Assembly (NCBI GenBank): GCA_944376795.1
Contig: CALWDW010000001.1
Coordinates: forward strand, 126,106 to 190,105
DNA from: an uncultured Christensenellaceae bacterium
GTDB taxonomy: Bacteria; Bacillota; Clostridia; Christensenellales; UMGS416
Length of the DNA stretch: 64,000 nucleotides
Direction: 5' to 3'
Position 1 is the stretch's first letter, and every line of letters starts with the position of its first letter. Below the pieces are notes generated by a model that saw nothing but the letters and a program-made list of their open reading frames with translations, had not been told where the DNA came from and ran no database searches. A program made the translations under genes and the position numbers. Positions 22,339 to 32,702 of the stretch are shown piece after piece.

Positions 22339-23385
22339 CTATGGAAGCCACGCTTGCAGCATTCTTTCCCAGTTTCCTCCCAGAATTCCCCGGATCTCTC
22401 CTTCTTCCCATCCCCTCATCCAAAGAATGTCCGTCAGTTCCTCCAACTGTACATAGCTGGAAAGCACGTTGGTCGTCTCGCCCCAAGCGCGGCCCAGCGA
22501 ACGCCGGGACACATATGCCGGCAGCATGTCACAGAGATCCAGGCCGATTCCTAGACAGGACGCCGTACCGGTTAGGCCGCGAATATACTCCATATGATCG
22601 GCCATGGAAGCGATTTCCGCCGCATGCCGCGGCGCCAGCTGGCTTCTCACCGAGTTAATGCCCACTACACCGCCGCAGCCCGCAATCGCGGCAATGGCCG
22701 CATCGTCAAGGTTGCGCTCTAACTCTCCCACAAGCCCCCGTGCGTTGGCGTGGGAAGCGTAGAGCCGGGGAAACCCCATGTCAATCAATTCCTTTACGCA
22801 GCCCTCTCCTAGATGGCTGAGATCCAGCGCCATTCCCTCCTGCCATGCAAATTGTACCAGTTCCCTGCCAAATTCTGTCAATCCTTCCTTATGGAAGGCG
22901 CCCGGCCGCATGGATGCCGGATACGCCGCTTCGTTGCTTCTCGCCCAGGTCAAGCTCATGAGCCGTACGCCCAACGCGCAAAAGGCGCGCATCAGTCCCA
23001 AGGACCGATGGACGGGTTCCACTCCCTCCAAGGAGAGCCACAAGGCGATCGCTCCTTGCTGGTGCGCCATTTCCATCTGGGCAGCGGACGTGCACAGGCG
23101 AAAGGCTCCGTCACTATGCTCTATCTCCTCCAAGAGAACGCCAATGGCCTCCAGTGCTGTCCGGGTTGCCAGCTCCGGCACCAAAAGGTCTTCCAGATAG
23201 ATCGCAGCGATCACGGTAGCCACGCGTCCGCGGCGCATCCCAGGCAGGCACCTGCGTAAAAGGATATCCTTTTCTCCCAGGCGCTTCCGGTACAGCAACT
23301 CGTAAGGCAGGTCGCTATGGGCATCGGTCACCCGGGCATCCTGCAGGATCTCCCGGGCCGCAAATGGGTTAGGGGAATGTTGCAT
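22339..23385 (-). CDS. Membrane dipeptidase family (peptidase M19)
   Basis: DAHSD, SLEG, SLTW..SN, DLSHL, ASHANAR, RNLDD, GGVVGI, GLDL, ILGGNW. Confidence 0.88.
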   Translation of the reverse strand: MQHSPNPFAAREILQDARVTDAHSDLPYELLYRKRLGEKDILLRRCLPGMRRGRVATVIAAIYLEDLLVPELATRTALEAIGVLLEEIEHSDGAFRLCTSAAQMEMAHQQGAIALWLSLEGVEPVHRSLGLMRAFCALGVRLMSLTWARSNEAAYPASMRPGAFHKEGLTEFGRELVQFAWQEGMALDLSHLGEGCVKELIDMGFPRLYASHANARGLVGELERNLDDAAIAAIAGCGGVVGINSVRSQLAPRHAAEIASMADHMEYIRGLTGTASCLGIGLDLCDMLPAYVSRRSLGRAWGETTNVLSSYVQLEELTDILWMRGWEEGEIRGILGGNWERMLQAWLP

Positions 23386-23521
23386 GGGAATCCTCCTTCA
23401 CGCTGGCTTGGGAATTGACACATGTTTCCAGCGATGATACTATGATAAAGTATATATCCGCTGGAACAATGTATGATGAACCATTGCGAAAAGCCGGATT
23501 TTACATGAAAGGAGCCTCAGC

Positions 23522-24412
23522 ATGCAAGATATTTTTCGTGGCTCTGCCGTCGCCATCGCGACCCCTTTTTCTCCGGAGGGCATCGATTGGGAGTCCTTCG
23601 GCAGGCTTCTGGAGTTCCAGATACAGGAAGGGACCCAGGCCATCATCGTAGCCGGAACCACCGGCGAACCCAGCACCATGTCCCACGAGGAAAAGATGGC
23701 CGTCATTGATTTTGCCATTCAAAAGGTGGCCGGCCGCGTCCCCGTAGTCGCCGGTACAGGAGGCAACCACACCGCCCAAGCCATGGCCGACTCCCGCCAG
23801 GCCCAGGCCCTGGGGGCGGATGCCCTGCTGGTGGTGACTCCCTACTACAATAAGGCCAACCCGCAGGGGCTTCTGGCCCACTACCGCGCCATTGCAGAGG
23901 CAGTGGACCTGCCCATCATCGTCTACAACGTCCCCGGCCGCACGGGCCTAAATGTCACCCCGCAGCAATTGGCAGCCCTTGCGGAGATTCCCCACATCGC
24001 CGCCATCAAGGAAGCGAGTGGCGATCTCCAGCAGGTACTGGAGATGCGCCGGCTCTGTCCCCAGCTGTCCATCTATTCGGGCACCGATCAGGTCAATCTT
24101 CCCATCCTGGCCTGCGGCGGGGCGGGCATTATTTCCGTAGTAGCCAATGTCGCCCCCCATCTCTGTCGGAAACTCACAGATGCCTTCTTTGCCGGCACAT
24201 GGGAAGAGGCGCTGGCCGTGCAGTTGCAGCTTGCCCCGCTGACCCGGGCGCTCTTTATGGAGACCAGTCCCGTCCCCCTCAAGGCGGCGCTGTCCATGAT
24301 GGGCCTCTGTGAGAACCGGCTGCGGCTTCCCCTTGCGCCCATGGAAGAGGCGGGACAGAAGGTATTGGCTGCCGAACTGGCCGCGCTGGGCATTCCCCTG
24401 CATAGGGCATAG
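23522..24412 (+). CDS. dapA: 4-hydroxy-tetrahydrodipicolinate synthase
   Basis: GTTGE, VVTPYYNK, YNVPGRTG, IKEASG. Confidence 0.95.
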   Translation: MQDIFRGSAVAIATPFSPEGIDWESFGRLLEFQIQEGTQAIIVAGTTGEPSTMSHEEKMAVIDFAIQKVAGRVPVVAGTGGNHTAQAMADSRQAQALGADALLVVTPYYNKANPQGLLAHYRAIAEAVDLPIIVYNVPGRTGLNVTPQQLAALAEIPHIAAIKEASGDLQQVLEMRRLCPQLSIYSGTDQVNLPILACGGAGIISVVANVAPHLCRKLTDAFFAGTWEEALAVQLQLAPLTRALFMETSPVPLKAALSMMGLCENRLRLPLAPMEEAGQKVLAAELAALGIPLHRA

Positions 24413-24445
24413 CGCCCATCTCTTACAGAAGAAAGGAATCTTGTT

Positions 24446-25642
24446 ATGATTCAAATCATGATTCACGGTTGCAACGGCAAAATGGGCCGCGCCGTAGCCG
24501 CCTTATCCAAGGAAATGGGCGATATTCAGGTGGTCTGCGGCGTGGACCTCTTTCCGGACAGCGTTTCCCAGGACTTTCCCGTCTATGCCGCCCCCCAAGA
24601 AATCCAAGAAACCGCCGATGTCGTGGTGGATTTTTCCCGGCCCGAAGGATTGGCCAAGCTCCTGCCCTGGTGTACAAGCCATCGTATAGGCTTAGTACTT
24701 GCTACCACCGGCCTGGATCAGGAAGAGCTAGACATGGTACAAAGCGCAGCCCAGCATATCCCGATCTTCCGCGCTAGCAACATGTCGCTGGGCGTCAATG
24801 TGCTTCGCTCCCTGGCAACCTCCGCCGCCGTAACCCTGGGGGACGGTTTTGACATCGAGATTCTGGAAAAGCATCACAACCAGAAGGTCGACGCCCCCAG
24901 CGGAACGGCATTAACCCTGGCCGAATCCATTACGGAGGCCATCGGCGGGGTGCATCCCCTGGTTTACGGCCGCCACGGACGCTCCGCTAAGCGCACCCGC
25001 GCCGAGATCGGCATGCACGCGCTGCGGGGCGGCACGGTCACCGGAGAGCATCAGGTGCATTTCTTTGGACACAACGAGTCAATTTGCCTGACACATATCG
25101 CCCAGTCCCGGGATGTATTTGCCGCTGGGGCGCTGGCTGCCGCCCGCTTCCTGGCAGGAAAGGCACCCGGTATCTACGGAATGGACGAGCTGATGCAGGA
25201 GCGACGCGGGGGCCTGGTTCTCCACAGCCAGGAAAACCTAACCTATGCCGCCGTACGCTTCTCTGGTACGGAAGAGTTGGCACGATTCGCCCAGAACCTG
25301 CGTCAGATGTGCCCGGCCGTTGTTTCCCAGGAACAATCCTGTATCGGCGGCGTTTACCAAATGCATTTGACTGTACTAGCCCAGGACACCGACGCCATAC
25401 TCGGCGCCGTTCGTACTGCGGTTCCCGATGGAAACTACACCATGGTGGAGGCCGTGACGCGCATCACCGTCTCCGAACCCTCCATTGGCCGCCGGGTAAC
25501 CGCCGAAGACATCGCCTGCGCCCTGCTGGAGCACCACCTCTTCCCCCTGGCGCTCTCCATCCAGCAAGGCGGTGTCATCTGTCTAGCGCCAGACAGCGAC
25601 GCCCGTTCCTACATGGAAACGCTGGTGGGTGCCCTCTCATAG
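24446..25642 (+). CDS. dapB: 4-hydroxy-tetrahydrodipicolinate reductase with a ~150-aa C-terminal tandem ACT-like extension
   Basis: GCNGKMG, DFSRP, ATTG, NMSLG, EKHHNQKVDAPSGTA, RGGTVTGEH; the ORF continues beyond the usual end (GIYGMDEL). Confidence 0.92.
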   Translation: MIQIMIHGCNGKMGRAVAALSKEMGDIQVVCGVDLFPDSVSQDFPVYAAPQEIQETADVVVDFSRPEGLAKLLPWCTSHRIGLVLATTGLDQEELDMVQSAAQHIPIFRASNMSLGVNVLRSLATSAAVTLGDGFDIEILEKHHNQKVDAPSGTALTLAESITEAIGGVHPLVYGRHGRSAKRTRAEIGMHALRGGTVTGEHQVHFFGHNESICLTHIAQSRDVFAAGALAAARFLAGKAPGIYGMDELMQERRGGLVLHSQENLTYAAVRFSGTEELARFAQNLRQMCPAVVSQEQSCIGGVYQMHLTVLAQDTDAILGAVRTAVPDGNYTMVEAVTRITVSEPSIGRRVTAEDIACALLEHHLFPLALSIQQGGVICLAPDSDARSYMETLVGALS

Positions 25643-25859
25643 GCCGCCCCACCCGCGCCATCCGCGTCGACAAAAACGGACATGCCAAAGAGTATCTGCG
25701 CCGCAGTGCATCCTTTTGCCGCTGCGGCACTTATTTGTGCTTCTTTCCTCCCCGCTGGAGAAAGCAGCCCGCCGCTGGTTTCACGGGCCGTTTGCCTGCC
25801 GTTGTTTGGGGCTGATACCCATCGGCTACAGGAAATTTCTAAAATGGTAAAGAAAGGGC

Positions 25860-25888
25860 TTGCATTATTCTGGAATATCCTGTACAAT
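25860..25888 (+). promoter_or_regulatory. sigmaA-type promoter of the tRNA
   Basis: TTGCAT-N17-TACAAT. Confidence 0.7.
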
Positions 25889-25927
25889 AGACGAGGTAAG
25901 CGAGGCGGGATCTCGCGTTTGGATCGC

Positions 25928-26004
25928 CTGGGTGTGGCGCAGCTTGGTAGCGCGCTTGAATGGGGTTCAAGAGGCCGGAAGTTCAAATCTTCTCACCCAG
26001 ACCA
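25928..26004 (+). tRNA. tRNA-Pro (GGG)
   Basis: Acceptor stem CTGGGTG/CACCCAG, D arm GCGCAGCTTGGTAGCGC, anticodon arm CTTGA-ATGGGGT-TCAAG, T loop GTTCAAAT, encoded CCA. Confidence 0.96.
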
Positions 26005-26005
26005 T

Positions 26006-26040
26006 AGACCGTCATGGAGTTTCCATGGCGGTCTTCTTTC
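26006..26040 (+). terminator. Terminator after tRNA-Pro
   Basis: AGACCGTCATGGA-loop-TCCATGGCGGTCT followed by TCTTT. Confidence 0.65.
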
Positions 26041-26091
26041 GTATTCCAGCAACCTTGCTCCCACTCCCAGATTCTTTCCAGGAGGATTTCT

Positions 26092-26979
26092 ATGCCATCC
26101 ACCGCTTTTGAGGCCTTCTCCCCAGCCAAGCGAATGTTTCGTTGCCCCATTTGCAAGGGGAAGATGTCCCTATCCCCTAAGAGAAGCCTGGTCTGTAAGC
26201 ACGGGCACTGCTTTGACCTATCGGCACGAGGCTATGTCAACTTCCTGGCCGGAGCGGCCAAGTCCCGATACAGCGCAGACCTCTTTGCCAACCGCCGCAC
26301 AATCCTGCAGGCCGGCTTCTATGACCCGGTGCTTGACGCCCTTCACGAGAGTATCGCCCGCCGGTTTCCCCAGGGACGGGTCTGCGTGCTGGATGCGGGC
26401 TGTGGCGATGGATTCTACGCCAAGGCGCTGAGCCAAGAGGCCCGCATGGATGTCTATGCCCTGGACAACGCCAAGGAAGCCATCCAATTGGCCTGCCGGG
26501 GAGATACAGGCGTCAAATGGATGGTGGCAAACCTCGCCGACATCCCTCTGCGGGACGGTACGGTGGACGCATTGCTCAACATTCTGACCCCAGCCAACTA
26601 CCATGAATTCGCCCGCCTCCAATCGGAACGCGGCATTCTCATTAAAATTGTCCCAGGGAGCCGCTATCTCGGCCAGATTCGAGAGCTGGCGGCCGGACAG
26701 CTGCGAAGCGCCAGTTATCAAGATGAGGCAACCCGGTCCTACTTCGAATCCCATATGCGCCTGCTGGCCGAGAAGGAGCTGTGCTATACCCGCCCGGTAA
26801 CCCCCGAACAAGCCGAAGCCTTCCTGCGGATGACCCCCATGACCTTTGGCGTGGATCTGCATAGCATCCATGCCGCCCGTCTCCGGGAGGTCACCATTCA
26901 CCTGCATCTATTGATTGGCCGCAGACTTACGGAAAAAGCGTCCGGGTCCTCTGGCACCGTGAAAATTGCGAAAACCTAG
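26092..26979 (+). CDS. RlmA-like 23S rRNA guanine-N1 methyltransferase (Zn finger plus SAM domain)
   Basis: FRCPIC...C..GHCFD.S..GYVN, LDAGCGDGFY, MTP; AGGAGG RBS before ATG 26092. Confidence 0.85.
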   Translation: MPSTAFEAFSPAKRMFRCPICKGKMSLSPKRSLVCKHGHCFDLSARGYVNFLAGAAKSRYSADLFANRRTILQAGFYDPVLDALHESIARRFPQGRVCVLDAGCGDGFYAKALSQEARMDVYALDNAKEAIQLACRGDTGVKWMVANLADIPLRDGTVDALLNILTPANYHEFARLQSERGILIKIVPGSRYLGQIRELAAGQLRSASYQDEATRSYFESHMRLLAEKELCYTRPVTPEQAEAFLRMTPMTFGVDLHSIHAARLREVTIHLHLLIGRRLTEKASGSSGTVKIAKT

Positions 26980-27085
26980 TGCCTTTCCGGGAACCGGATG
27001 GGCAGGGCACCTATCGTTTGCTTTCCCCGCCAGGATTTGCTATAATGGAACCGATCCTTCTCATGGACAACAAGGAGGCCTCCAG

Positions 27086-28003
27086 ATGAAGAAGCTGCCG
27101 CTGGACACATTTTTTCGATTGAGGAAAATCATCGCCCGCAATGCCAGGCCGCTGGATTACACCATGTTCCAATACCTCTTTGGACACGGAAGCAGTGAGG
27201 ATTTCCTCCGCGTCCTGTCCAGCTACCAAAATGAGGACGGCGGCTTTGGATATAACCTCGAGTGCAACAACTGGAACCCCCATTCCTCCCCCTATACAAC
27301 ATGCATAGCATTAGACTATCTGGATGTCGTGGAGGAACCGATAGACAGCGTAGGAGAGGCTATTGTCGTGGGAATCCTGCAATACCTGGCCTCCGGCGCA
27401 TATATGCTGGCCTCCGGCTGGGTTGGTATGCAGGGCATCCCCAGCAACAATGATTACGCACACATGCCATGGTTTCATTTTGATCCAGCCAAGGCCGCAG
27501 AGGCGGATATCGGCGTAACCAAGCGGCTTTCGGACTTTGTTCTACGGCATGGGGATCCCAGCAGCCCCGTTTACGATAAGGCCGCGGCTTGGAAAGCACA
27601 ATACCAGGATTGCAGCCGGTTCCTTCTGGAGGGCTATCCCGATTATGACCCGGTTGCATTACATATCAAGTCCTATGACCCGGCAACCTGGCCGTCTTGG
27701 CTGCCGCTTCCCGTGTATTTTGTTGGCTCTCCCCAAAGCCCGTATTATGCGGAATGCGCACATACCGTCGCCACGAATCTGGATACCCTCGTGGAAACGC
27801 TGGAACGCACCCAGGACCCTTCGTTCCCCTCCCCGGAAGACCTGGAGGCCTATGAACAAAACACGCCCCATCCCGACGGGAAGCGCTGGTGCGTTGCCGA
27901 ACAGACCATCGGGAATTACTATTGGCAAACGCATTTCATTGTACGCGATCTTTATATCTTGAGAAAATTCGACCGGCTGGATTTCCAGTTCCCCGTTTCC
28001 TAA
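27086..28003 (+). CDS. Conserved hypothetical protein (terpene cyclase/prenyltransferase-like N-terminus)
   Basis: NARPLD...YQNEDGGFG..LE motif resembling a QW/prenyltransferase repeat; own promoter (TTGCTT..TATAAT) and AAGGAGG RBS. Confidence 0.7.
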   Translation: MKKLPLDTFFRLRKIIARNARPLDYTMFQYLFGHGSSEDFLRVLSSYQNEDGGFGYNLECNNWNPHSSPYTTCIALDYLDVVEEPIDSVGEAIVVGILQYLASGAYMLASGWVGMQGIPSNNDYAHMPWFHFDPAKAAEADIGVTKRLSDFVLRHGDPSSPVYDKAAAWKAQYQDCSRFLLEGYPDYDPVALHIKSYDPATWPSWLPLPVYFVGSPQSPYYAECAHTVATNLDTLVETLERTQDPSFPSPEDLEAYEQNTPHPDGKRWCVAEQTIGNYYWQTHFIVRDLYILRKFDRLDFQFPVS

Positions 28004-28084
28004 GCGTAGCGGCGGCCTTTCCCATGGTAGCTTTGTCTCCATCCAAAGGGTTTGGCGGCCCTCATACCTTCAAAAAACAGGCGC

Positions 28085-28117
28085 AAAAAAGGAGCAGCCA
28101 GGAAGGCTGCTCCTTTT
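28085..28117. terminator. Bidirectional terminator
   Basis: AAAAAAGGAGCAGCC-loop-GGCTGCTCCTTTT between convergent genes. Confidence 0.8.
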
Positions 28118-28178
28118 CCGTTTTAATTCTGCCGCGCATCCCATGGGGGAGGCTTTTCCGTTCTCGATGGAGCGGCGC

Positions 28179-29225
28179 TTAGTTCCCCTTCACCCGCAGG
28201 AAAGCATCGTCATACTTTTCGTTGTATTCGCCCAGATCCACGTACACGTCGCAACGGGCCAGCTCCTCCTCGCTGGGATAGCAGACCGGATTGTTCTGCT
28301 CCTCGGGAGTCAGTTGGTCAAAGGCGCTCTGGTTGGGCGTCGAATAGCCGATCTCCCGTACATTGGCTAGCGCGATATCCGGACGACAGAGGAAGTCGAT
28401 GAACTTCTCCGCAGCTTCGTAGTTCTTGCTGCTCTTGGGAATGGCGACGGCGTCAAACCAGACGTTGCTCCCCTCCTTAGGGATCGCGTATGCCAGATCT
28501 GGATTCTCCTCCACCGCCCCTACGACATACCCGGAATACACCAAAGCCAGGGCGGCTTCGCCGGCCACCATTTTATCCTGGATATCATCCAGCGCATAGC
28601 CCAGTACCAAGGGACGCTGCTGGATCAGCAAATCGGTGGCTTCCTGCAGCGCCTCATCGCTGCGCTCATTCAGGGAATACCCCAGCTTGATCATGGCAGG
28701 CATGAAGCAATCACGGGAGCTATCGTACATGAAGATATTCTGCGCATACTTTTCATCCCAGAGAATATCCCAGCTGTCCACCGGTTCATCCACCATACTG
28801 GTGTTGTAAAGGATTCCCACTGTGCCCCACATGTACGGCACAGAGTAGACATCCCCCGGATCATAGGCCTTATTCCGCAGGCTGGGCATGATGTGGGTGA
28901 TGTTGGGAATATTGTCATAGTTCAGGGGATGGAGCATATCCTGCTTGGCCATGCGCTCAATCATGTAATCCGAAGGGAAAATGACATCGTAATTGCCGCC
29001 GCCGGCCTTCAACTTGGCGTACATCTCCTCGTTGCTGGTAAATGTGGAGTAGACGATCTTGATGCCCGTCTCCTCCGTAAACTGGGTCAGGATATCCTTA
29101 TCGATATACTCGCCCCAATTGTAGACATTAAGCACCGTCTGCTGCTCGCCGCAGCCCGTCAGCAGAGGGACGCACAGCGCCAGCAGCAGTACCAGGGCCA
29201 AAACCAGGGAAACCTTCTTCTTCAT
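28179..29225 (-). CDS. potD: Spermidine/putrescine ABC transporter substrate-binding lipoprotein
   Basis: Lipobox LTGC, LNVYNWGEYI, SNEEMYAK, PYMWGTVGI, PKEGSNVWFD. Confidence 0.93.
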   Translation of the reverse strand: MKKKVSLVLALVLLLALCVPLLTGCGEQQTVLNVYNWGEYIDKDILTQFTEETGIKIVYSTFTSNEEMYAKLKAGGGNYDVIFPSDYMIERMAKQDMLHPLNYDNIPNITHIMPSLRNKAYDPGDVYSVPYMWGTVGILYNTSMVDEPVDSWDILWDEKYAQNIFMYDSSRDCFMPAMIKLGYSLNERSDEALQEATDLLIQQRPLVLGYALDDIQDKMVAGEAALALVYSGYVVGAVEENPDLAYAIPKEGSNVWFDAVAIPKSSKNYEAAEKFIDFLCRPDIALANVREIGYSTPNQSAFDQLTPEEQNNPVCYPSEEELARCDVYVDLGEYNEKYDDAFLRVKGN

Positions 29226-29246
29226 AGTAACTCCTTTCCAACTCCC

Positions 29247-30053
29247 CTAGATCCGGGTTCTTTTCGCAACGGTTCGTCCCAGGGACTTGCGATTGATCAA
29301 AAGCAAGAGGGACACCACCGTAACAAACATAAGGGTCATGATCGCATACACCGTCGGCTCGATTCCCCGCCGCGCGGAAGAATAAATGTAGATGGAGAGA
29401 TTCTGCACACCGGACGTGGTAAAGAAACTGATGACAAAGTCGTCAATGGACAAAGTGAAAGCCATAATCATGCCGCTGATCACCCCCGGCATAATGTCAG
29501 GAAGCACCACCTTCAAAAAGGCACGCAGCGGCGGCAAACCCAAATCCATCGCCGCCTCCAGCAGATGCCGGTCCATCTGCTTGATGCGCGGCATCACCGA
29601 CAGGATAACATAGGGAATATTGAACACGATGTGTGAAATCAGCATCGTGGCAAAGCCCAGGTTCATCCGCATAAAAATGAACAGCAGCATCAGGGAAACG
29701 CCGGTCACAATGTCGGGATTGATCACGGGCAGGTAGCTGATATTCATCACCAGCCCCTGGGACCGCCGGTTCATCTGGGAGATTCCATAGGCCGCAAAGG
29801 TCCCCACCACCGTGGCCACCAGCGAGGAAATCACCGCAATGATCAAAGTATTGGAAAGCGCCTGCATAATCTCCGCGTTCTGGAACAGCTCGCCGTACCA
29901 CTTCAAGGAAAAGCCGGTAAAGTTCCCTCTTGACTTTCCCTCGTTGAAGGACAGGACCATCATCACCAAAATGGGCGCATAAAGGAAGACCAGAACCGCC
30001 ACCATGTACAGCCGGGAAATCAGGTGCAGCGCCTTATGATTTCTCCGCATCAC
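29247..30053 (-). CDS. potC: Polyamine ABC transporter permease
   Basis: FLYAPI, FSLKWY, EAAMDLG, FTLSIDDFVIS. Confidence 0.92.
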   Translation of the reverse strand: MMRRNHKALHLISRLYMVAVLVFLYAPILVMMVLSFNEGKSRGNFTGFSLKWYGELFQNAEIMQALSNTLIIAVISSLVATVVGTFAAYGISQMNRRSQGLVMNISYLPVINPDIVTGVSLMLLFIFMRMNLGFATMLISHIVFNIPYVILSVMPRIKQMDRHLLEAAMDLGLPPLRAFLKVVLPDIMPGVISGMIMAFTLSIDDFVISFFTTSGVQNLSIYIYSSARRGIEPTVYAIMTLMFVTVVSLLLLINRKSLGRTVAKRTRI

Positions 30054-30871
30054 AGCATTCCTCCCCCGTCCTTGGTATCCGACCCAAACCGGCCCATCAG
30101 TCCCATGCTCAGCAGGATGATCGCCAGCATAATCAGAGAAAGCATCGAACCCACATTCCAGTTCCCCGTAGAGAGGTACTGCTGCTCTATAATATCGCCA
30201 AAGAGCATGAACTTTCCGCCGCTGAGCAGGCGGGAGATCGCAAAGGTGGTAACCGCCGGCATGAACACCATGGTAATCCCGCTTACCACGCCCGGCATGG
30301 AAAGCGGCAGCGTGACCCGGGTAAAGACCCGCCAGCCATTGCAGCCCAGATCCTGCGCGGCCTCCAACAGAGAGACGTCCTGCTTCTGGAGGTTGGTATA
30401 GATGGGCAGGATCATAAAGGGTAGGAAGTTATACACCATTCCCAGAATTACCGCGTTTTCATTGTACAGCAGCTCCATCTGCCCCAGGCCCATGGCGACA
30501 AAGAGGGAATTCAGAATGCCCGTATTCTCCAGGATGCTCATCCAGGCATAGGTGCGCAGGAGGAAATTCATCCACATCGGCAGGATGAAAAAGAGCGACC
30601 ACACGGCGCCATTGCGCGCCCGCGCCAGGAGAAAGGCCACCGGATAGCCCAGCAGCAGGCATAGGGCCGTGCAGAGGAAGGCAATCCAGATAGAGCGGAG
30701 GAGGATCTTCATGTACATCGGGTCGATGGCCTTGAAAAAATGCTCCAGCGTCGGCGCACTGTTCCCCGGCGCATTGGTGAATGCATAGTAGACAATGAGG
30801 AACATCGGCAGAACCGTGAATACCACCATCCACAGGATATAGGGCAGGGCAAAGAGCTTGAGCTTTCTCAC
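30050..30871 (-). CDS. potB: Polyamine ABC transporter permease
   Basis: [30 protein letters not shown]. Confidence 0.92.
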   Translation of the reverse strand: MRKLKLFALPYILWMVVFTVLPMFLIVYYAFTNAPGNSAPTLEHFFKAIDPMYMKILLRSIWIAFLCTALCLLLGYPVAFLLARARNGAVWSLFFILPMWMNFLLRTYAWMSILENTGILNSLFVAMGLGQMELLYNENAVILGMVYNFLPFMILPIYTNLQKQDVSLLEAAQDLGCNGWRVFTRVTLPLSMPGVVSGITMVFMPAVTTFAISRLLSGGKFMLFGDIIEQQYLSTGNWNVGSMLSLIMLAIILLSMGLMGRFGSDTKDGGGML

Positions 30872-31971
30872 AGCGCCTCCTCCTCCCGATAGACGGCCGC
30901 GTTGGGGTCGTCAGACTTCCGCATGATGTGGATATCTTCCGGGCGGACGATCAGCCCTACCTCCATCCCCTCGGCAAACATGGAGGTATCCTGAATCAAC
31001 CACAGAAAGCCGGCCGTGTCCCGCACCTGCATTTCGTAATGGACGCCCTTGAAAACCACCGACTCCACCGTGCCCTTGAACTGTCCTTTGTCGCTCTGGG
31101 TGACGATGTAAATATCCTCGGGCCGGATGACCACGTCCACCGGCTCGTTGGGCGCAAAGCCTTTGTCCACGCAGTCCAAGGAGACATCTCCGATTACCAC
31201 CCGTTCATCCTCCGGCATGATGCCGTCAATGATATTGCTCTCCCCGATAAAGTCGGCCACAAAGCGGTTCCGGGGCTCATTATAAATGTCCTGGGGCGTC
31301 CCAACCTGCTGGATCGTGCCGCCGCGCATCACCACCACGGTGTCACTCATGGTCAGGGCTTCCTCCTGGTCGTGGGTGACATACACAAAGGTAATCCCCA
31401 GCTTCTGCTGCATATTCTTAAGCTCGATCTGCATCTCCTTGCGCTTCTTGAGATCCAGCGCCCCCAGCGGTTCATCCAGCAGAAGCACCTCCGGCTCATT
31501 CACCAGAGCGCGGGCAATGGCCACCCGCTGCTGCTCGCCGCCGGAAAGGGAGGTAACCTTGCGCTTGTTGTAGCCCTGCAGCCCCACCATGCGCAGCATG
31601 GCGTCCACCTTCTGGGCGATCACGTCCTTGGGCAGCTTCTTAACGGTAAGGCCAAAGGCAATATTATCCGCCACATTGAGGTGCGGAAAAAGGGCATAGC
31701 GCTGAAACACCGTATTTACCTTGCGCTTATAGGGCGGAACGGCGCTGACGTCCTTCCCGTCGATATAGATGGCGCCGCTGGTCGGCGTTTCAAAGCCCGC
31801 AATCATGCGCAGCGTGGTCGTCTTCCCGCACCCGGAAGGCCCCAGCAAAGTCACAAACTCATGCCTGCGGATGGTGAGGGAGATGTGGTCCACAGCCTGC
31901 TTTTCATCCCCGTCATCGGTAAACAGCTTACATACATCCCGAATTTCAATGAGCGCATCTTGGTTGGACAT
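30868..31971 (-). CDS. potA: Polyamine ABC transporter ATP-binding protein
   Basis: [42 protein letters not shown]. Confidence 0.94.
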   Translation of the reverse strand: MSNQDALIEIRDVCKLFTDDGDEKQAVDHISLTIRRHEFVTLLGPSGCGKTTTLRMIAGFETPTSGAIYIDGKDVSAVPPYKRKVNTVFQRYALFPHLNVADNIAFGLTVKKLPKDVIAQKVDAMLRMVGLQGYNKRKVTSLSGGEQQRVAIARALVNEPEVLLLDEPLGALDLKKRKEMQIELKNMQQKLGITFVYVTHDQEEALTMSDTVVVMRGGTIQQVGTPQDIYNEPRNRFVADFIGESNIIDGIMPEDERVVIGDVSLDCVDKGFAPNEPVDVVIRPEDIYIVTQSDKGQFKGTVESVVFKGVHYEMQVRDTAGFLWLIQDTSMFAEGMEVGLIVRPEDIHIMRKSDDPNAAVYREEEAL

Positions 31972-31992
31972 TGCGGCTACATGCTCCTTTGA

Positions 31993-32532
31993 CTAAAAAC
32001 TAGGCGGATCGGCCACCCATAGGATGACGGCCGGGTGCTTCCCGGGATTGCTGATGCCATGGGCCACGGCAGCGCGGAAATAGAAGGAATCGCCCTTTTT
32101 GAGCCTGTGGCGCTTCAGCCCTTCGTGCAGGTAAATGGTTCCGCTCAGCACATATCCGAATTCCTCCCCCTGGTGGGGATCCTGCACGGGGGTGAAGCTC
32201 CCCGGCTGCAGGGTGATCATCAGGGGTTCCATCAAATTCTTCTGGGCGTTGGGAATCAGAAAGCGTTTCAACACGCCGGCCTCTTCATCGTTCTTCTCAA
32301 AGGTGTCCTCCGGCGTAAAAACCACCTTCTCATTCACGGGAGAGCTGAAAAACTCCCGGAGATCCGTGCCCAAGGCTCCCAGGATATCCATCAGCGTGGC
32401 AATCGAGGGCGAGGCCAGATCCCGCTCCAGCTGGGACAGGTATCCCTTGGACAGCTCGGTGCGGTCGGCCAGATCCTCCAGCGTCATGTCGTGCATAAGA
32501 CGCAGGCTGCGTATCTTCGCTCCAATCTGCAT
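31993..32532 (-). CDS. XRE-family HTH plus cupin transcriptional regulator (PuuR-like), first gene of the pot operon
   Basis: IGAKIRSLR...LSKGYLSQLERDLASPSIATL; cupin PHQGEEFGYVL. The start could instead be 32550. Confidence 0.9.
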   Translation of the reverse strand: MQIGAKIRSLRLMHDMTLEDLADRTELSKGYLSQLERDLASPSIATLMDILGALGTDLREFFSSPVNEKVVFTPEDTFEKNDEEAGVLKRFLIPNAQKNLMEPLMITLQPGSFTPVQDPHQGEEFGYVLSGTIYLHEGLKRHRLKKGDSFYFRAAVAHGISNPGKHPAVILWVADPPSF

Positions 32533-32589
32533 GCCATCGATCCTTTCCATCCGTTGGAAAACGTTGGGACGCTCGGGCCTTCCCGGCAG

Positions 32590-32702
32590 GTTTGATCAAA
32601 ACAAACGTCCCGTTTATCGCGTGTTTGCACTGGGAAAACTTCCTGTTTGACCAGGAAAGCCTCCGTAGATAATATCAAACTCTAAGTTTGATATTTCCAA
32701 AC
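32590..32702. promoter_or_regulatory. Candidate operator array GTTTG-N7-CAAAC upstream of the pot operon
   Basis: Perfect copies at 32590-32606 and 32686-32702; half-matches at 32645 and 32664-32680. Confidence 0.6.

Noticed and set aside
25928-28003. tRNA-anchored genomic island
   Set aside because: No integrase, no duplicated tRNA 3' end and no obvious compositional shift.
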